64,000 nt of DNA from an uncultured Bacilli bacterium (GTDB taxonomy: Bacteria > Bacillota_I > Bacilli_A > RF39 > UBA660), in NCBI GenBank assembly GCA_947631205.1, contig CANRKL010000001.1, forward strand, positions 4,802 through 68,801, given 5' to 3'. The notes below the pieces were generated by a model that searched no databases, was not told the DNA's origin, and worked only from the letters and a program-made list of their open reading frames with translations. Position 1 is the stretch's first letter; the number at the start of each line of letters is the position of its first letter. Positions 60,916 to 64,000 of the stretch are shown here, in pieces. A program made the position numbers and the translations under genes.

Positions 60916-61555
60916 TCTCCTTAATAACTACATAATTTAAATTGTGAAAATCAACTGCAGGTTCCACAACTATCTCATAACTTAAATTATTATTAGTTCT
61001 TTTTATTTCTCTTACTTTTCCAACTGTTATATCGGGCGCTACTACACCGTAATTAGAAGTAGTTATAACATCATTTATAGAAACTTCTTTAGAACTAGTA
61101 ATATTCTTAATCATAAGAGTCCCATTTTCACTTTCTAAAAGCCCACTTACTTCCCCAATCTTAACTGCAATTTTTGTATCTTTATTACCTAATAACTGAA
61201 CAACACTAGAGTGATTATTAACCCCCTTTATTATGCCTACTAATCCTCTTTCATTAATAACTATACTTCCCTTTGTTATTCCCTCATCACTTCCCTTTAA
61301 AATAATTACTTCATCAAAAAAGAGTAATGGGTCATGAACAACAACCTTACTTATTATATTATCTTCAAAATGACTGTGAAACTCTAATAAGTCATCATAA
61401 GCTTTTTTTAAATTTTGATAATCACTTTCATAATGAATACTCATATTATCTAAATTATTGTTTGTTTTAATTATAATAGAAAATATTGGGTCTACCAACA
61501 AAGATATTAAAACAACTATAAAAATTACTAATGATATTCTTAATTTTTCTTTCAT
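60902..61555 (-). CDS. mreC: Rod shape-determining protein MreC.
   Basis: It has an N-terminal TM, a coiled-coil and beta-rich repeats (GLVGIIKGV...). It lies in radC-mreC synteny. Confidence 0.8.
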   Translation of the reverse strand: MKEKLRISLVIFIVVLISLLVDPIFSIIIKTNNNLDNMSIHYESDYQNLKKAYDDLLEFHSHFEDNIISKVVVHDPLLFFDEVIILKGSDEGITKGSIVINERGLVGIIKGVNNHSSVVQLLGNKDTKIAVKIGEVSGLLESENGTLMIKNITSSKEVSINDVITTSNYGVVAPDITVGKVREIKRTNNNLSYEIVVEPAVDFHNLNYVVIKENEND

Positions 61556-61558
61556 TAC

Positions 61559-62242
61559 TTATTCCTTTCTAAGATAATCAAAAAAAGTAAAATATGAATC
61601 ATTCCCAATAATTAAATGATCCATTAAATGAATATCTAATAAAATACCAATCTCTTTAATTCTATCAGTAATAAAGTAGTCTTCCCGGCTAGGTTCTGGA
61701 TTTCCACTAGGGTGATTGTGCATGACAATTATTCTTGTTGCCCCATTTAAAATAGCTTCTTGAAAAATAAATTTAGGTTCTACTAAACTTTGATTAGAAA
61801 CACCAACAAACATAATTTGATAATTAATAACTAAATTTTGATTATTTAAAAATAAAACTAAAAATTTTTCTTGAAGACTATTCTCTAACAAATATTTAAA
61901 ATTATCATAAACATCATCCGTTTTTCTAATTTTAATAAAAGACTTCTTATCTTCATTTTTTAATCGATAACCTAACTCTAAAGCTGAAAGTATTGTAATT
62001 GCCTTAACTTCTCCAACTCCCTTTATTTTAGCTAAACTATTTAATTTACTATTTTTTAATCCCTTTAAACTTTCCATTTCCCTTAAAATATCTTGAGCCA
62101 CTTCTAAAGCACTTTTATCTTTAGTCCCACATCTTAAAAGAATAGCTAAAAGTTCACTGTTAGATAATGCTTCAATTCCCCTTTTTTTAGCTTTTTCTCT
62201 AGGCTTTTCTTCTTTAGGTAAATCTTTAATTAGATAACTCAT
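61559..62242 (-). CDS. radC: RadC-like JAB-domain protein.
   Basis: It has a helix-hairpin-helix N-terminus. The JAMM motif HNHPSG and an upstream E are present. Confidence 0.9.
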   Translation of the reverse strand: MSYLIKDLPKEEKPREKAKKRGIEALSNSELLAILLRCGTKDKSALEVAQDILREMESLKGLKNSKLNSLAKIKGVGEVKAITILSALELGYRLKNEDKKSFIKIRKTDDVYDNFKYLLENSLQEKFLVLFLNNQNLVINYQIMFVGVSNQSLVEPKFIFQEAILNGATRIIVMHNHPSGNPEPSREDYFITDRIKEIGILLDIHLMDHLIIGNDSYFTFFDYLRKE

Positions 62243-62243
62243 A

Positions 62244-62684
62244 TTATCCCTCCTTCAAAATAGCTTTTAAAAGTTCTTGATTAATTAATTCTAAAGTATC
62301 CGCATTATCAGCTTTTTCCATTAATAACTCATAATTTTCAACCATTTTAGTATCTTCTTCATTTAACATAATTTTTTTCTTATAATAAGTTATATTTTCT
62401 TCACTAAGCAATTCTTCAATTTTTTTGGCACATGCCTCTGATTTAACTATTGCCCCAATAACTTGATACATATTATCTTTATTAACAACTAAAGACCCAG
62501 TAAAACTCTCTTTCTTTGCTAAAGCATTTTCATAAGACTCATATACTCCTAACTGATAAAGAGTTACATCACCTAATATTTCTCCATCAAACCCCTTAAA
62601 TTTCTGATAAGTTATAAAAGCCATTATTCCCCCTAAAAATAAAGCAAAAACAATTAAAATTAATTTCTTTTTCATATTCATCAC
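62244..62684 (-). CDS. Membrane-anchored hypothetical protein, possibly SPOR-like.
   Basis: It has a signal/TM segment. LYQLGVYESYENALAKK...MYQVIGAIV has a SPOR-like alternating pattern. The identification is weak. Confidence 0.35.
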   Translation of the reverse strand: MMNMKKKLILIVFALFLGGIMAFITYQKFKGFDGEILGDVTLYQLGVYESYENALAKKESFTGSLVVNKDNMYQVIGAIVKSEACAKKIEELLSEENITYYKKKIMLNEEDTKMVENYELLMEKADNADTLELINQELLKAILKEG

Positions 62685-62724
62685 ACTAAAGTTATAACAT
62701 ATTAATTTTTATAAATTTGTCGAA

Positions 62725-63372
62725 TTAAAGTTCCTTATAAGTAATTATATATATTTTATTTTTTTTATAAAAAGCATAAAAAATATCTTTTACTTGATAA
62801 CTCTTTTTAGCTAATTCTTTTTCTAACCAATAGCGGTCTTTTTTTAAAAAATCTAAAGTTTTTTTATTAACATCGCCATCTAATATTAAAGGCATAGGAT
62901 ACATAGAACTTGTTTTTAAAAAATTATATTTAAAAATTGATAGCTTGCCATTTGGCTCTAAAAAAGCATATTCTACCTCAGCAATATCTTTAATTTCTTG
63001 TTGTCTTAAAGCAAGAAGTAAATCATCCATATTATATCTTTGACTCATCATTTCTCGGTAATTAACTATTCCATTACAAATAATTAAAGAAGGCTTACCT
63101 CCAAAAAATGCCCTAAACTTTCGTGACTTTACTGATATATAAGCTAAAAGCACCTCAAGCCCTCCTAATAAAAATAAAGGAACAATAGTCATCCACACCG
63201 TCTTTTCAACATCTTCAATCGAAATAGCCACCAATTCTGCCATTAATATTGAAATAATTAAATCAATAACCCCTAACTGAGCTATTTCTCTTTTTCCCAT
63301 AATTCGGTAAAGAAAAACAATAAAAAAATAAAATAAAATAGTTCTTAAAGCCACACTGATAATCTCTTGCAT
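62725..63372 (-). CDS. DUF421 (YetF/YdfS-like) membrane protein.
   Basis: It has an N-terminal two-TM segment plus a C-terminal DUF421-like soluble domain. Confidence 0.6.
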   Translation of the reverse strand: MQEIISVALRTILFYFFIVFLYRIMGKREIAQLGVIDLIISILMAELVAISIEDVEKTVWMTIVPLFLLGGLEVLLAYISVKSRKFRAFFGGKPSLIICNGIVNYREMMSQRYNMDDLLLALRQQEIKDIAEVEYAFLEPNGKLSIFKYNFLKTSSMYPMPLILDGDVNKKTLDFLKKDRYWLEKELAKKSYQVKDIFYAFYKKNKIYIITYKEL

Positions 63373-63436
63373 ATCATCACCTATATTTATTATGGAAAAA
63401 CTTCTATTTTTTTAAACATTACATATTATTAATTAG

Positions 63437-63811
63437 GTGAAGTTTATGAAAATATTAAAAAAGTATGGTCTTAGTATTTTATATTTTATTGGGGTCATCT
63501 TAATTTTATCTTTAGTTATTTCTCTTTTTAACTTATTTAATTTATTTACAACCAAAACTGTTGATTTAATATTTATGATTTCCCTTTTAATAACATTTTT
63601 AATTTTTGGTTATCGTTTTGGCTTAAAAGCTTCTAAAAAAGGTTATTTAGAAGGCATAAAAATTGGACTTTCACTTATATTTACTTTAATTATAATTAAT
63701 CTAATTCTCTATCAAAGTCCAATTAGCCTAGAACGTATCTTATACTATGTTATCCTTATATCATCAAGCATTTTATCCTCCATGTTTGGTATTAACCGTC
63801 AAAAAAAGTAA
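63437..63811 (+). CDS. Small polytopic membrane protein.
   Basis: It has four predicted TM helices. No motif was recognised. Confidence 0.45.
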   Translation: MKFMKILKKYGLSILYFIGVILILSLVISLFNLFNLFTTKTVDLIFMISLLITFLIFGYRFGLKASKKGYLEGIKIGLSLIFTLIIINLILYQSPISLERILYYVILISSSILSSMFGINRQKK

Positions 63812-64000
63812 GGCTTTAAAAAAGTCTCACTAATTTTTTTCTTCTAAAAAAACATTTTGAATCCCTATTACTCCATCATAATAATTATCCATGATTTCTT
63901 TACAAAGATTCATTTTATCTTGTAATATTTGTTTATTATTTTTGTATTCGCTAATAATTTGTTTAAACAAAATATCATAATAACAAGTAAGAGAACCATA

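Noticed and set aside
63832-64000. Partial minus-strand ORF running off the right edge of the window.
   Set aside because: Only about 55 codons are visible, there is no recognisable motif, and the start lies outside the window. It cannot be annotated from this sequence alone.
1-64000. Looked for CRISPR arrays, rRNA genes, IS elements/transposases and restriction-modification or toxin-antitoxin pairs.
   Set aside because: There are no regularly spaced direct repeats with unique spacers, and no rRNA-like conserved blocks. No DDE or serine transposase ORFs were found, apart from the Rpn-like nuclease. No methyltransferase or endonuclease pairs or small TA-like bicistrons were recognised.

Overview
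This is an AT-rich (~27% GC) window from a low-GC Gram-positive (Firmicutes-type) chromosome that uses the standard genetic code (TGA is a stop). It is densely packed with housekeeping genes. Identified genes are clpB (3' part), glyQS, ruvAB-queA, yqfC-yqfD-ybeY-era-yqzL-recO, hrcA-grpE-dnaK-[pepF]-dnaJ, nusB-xseAB-proS, mnmA, rarA, obg, rpmA-prp-rplU, mreCD-radC, tRNA-Lys and tRNA-Ser. Several sporulation-type genes are present (yqfC, yqfD, spoIVB-like, spoIIM-like, and a spoIVFA/spoIVFB-like pair). This suggests a spore-forming or spore-former-derived lineage such as Clostridia or Erysipelotrichia.

The main non-routine features are:
(1) A well-conserved 28-bp dif (Xer) site at 42526-42553. 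It lies in a 560-bp AT-rich gap between convergent genes and about 2 kb from a XerC/D-type recombinase. It also sits at the point where coding-strand bias switches from mostly + to almost all -, so the window probably spans the replication terminus.
(2) A four-member family of TasA/camelysin-like secreted proteins with SipW-type signal peptides. Two members carry a ~330-aa cysteine-containing C-terminal domain of unknown function. One member is put out of frame with its RBS-ATG by a poly-G(10) tract, which makes it a candidate phase-variation switch. Another is paired divergently with a SinR-like XRE repressor.
(3) A Tad/Cpa-like four-gene locus whose CpaF-type ATPase has lost its Walker A lysine and other catalytic residues.
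(4) A 706-aa protein of unknown function embedded in the conserved L21-Prp-L27-Obg operon.
(5) A HerA/DUF87-like ATPase and a PfkB kinase, both with long N/Q/P-rich low-complexity tails.
(6) Candidate OmpR-family direct-repeat boxes (TGTCAA-N5-TGTCAA) flanking one tasA-like cassette.
(7) Several small ORFs below the ORF-track cutoff and a GC-elevated, ORF-free segment at 50206-50431.

No CRISPR array, rRNA, transposase-bearing IS element or intact prophage was seen.
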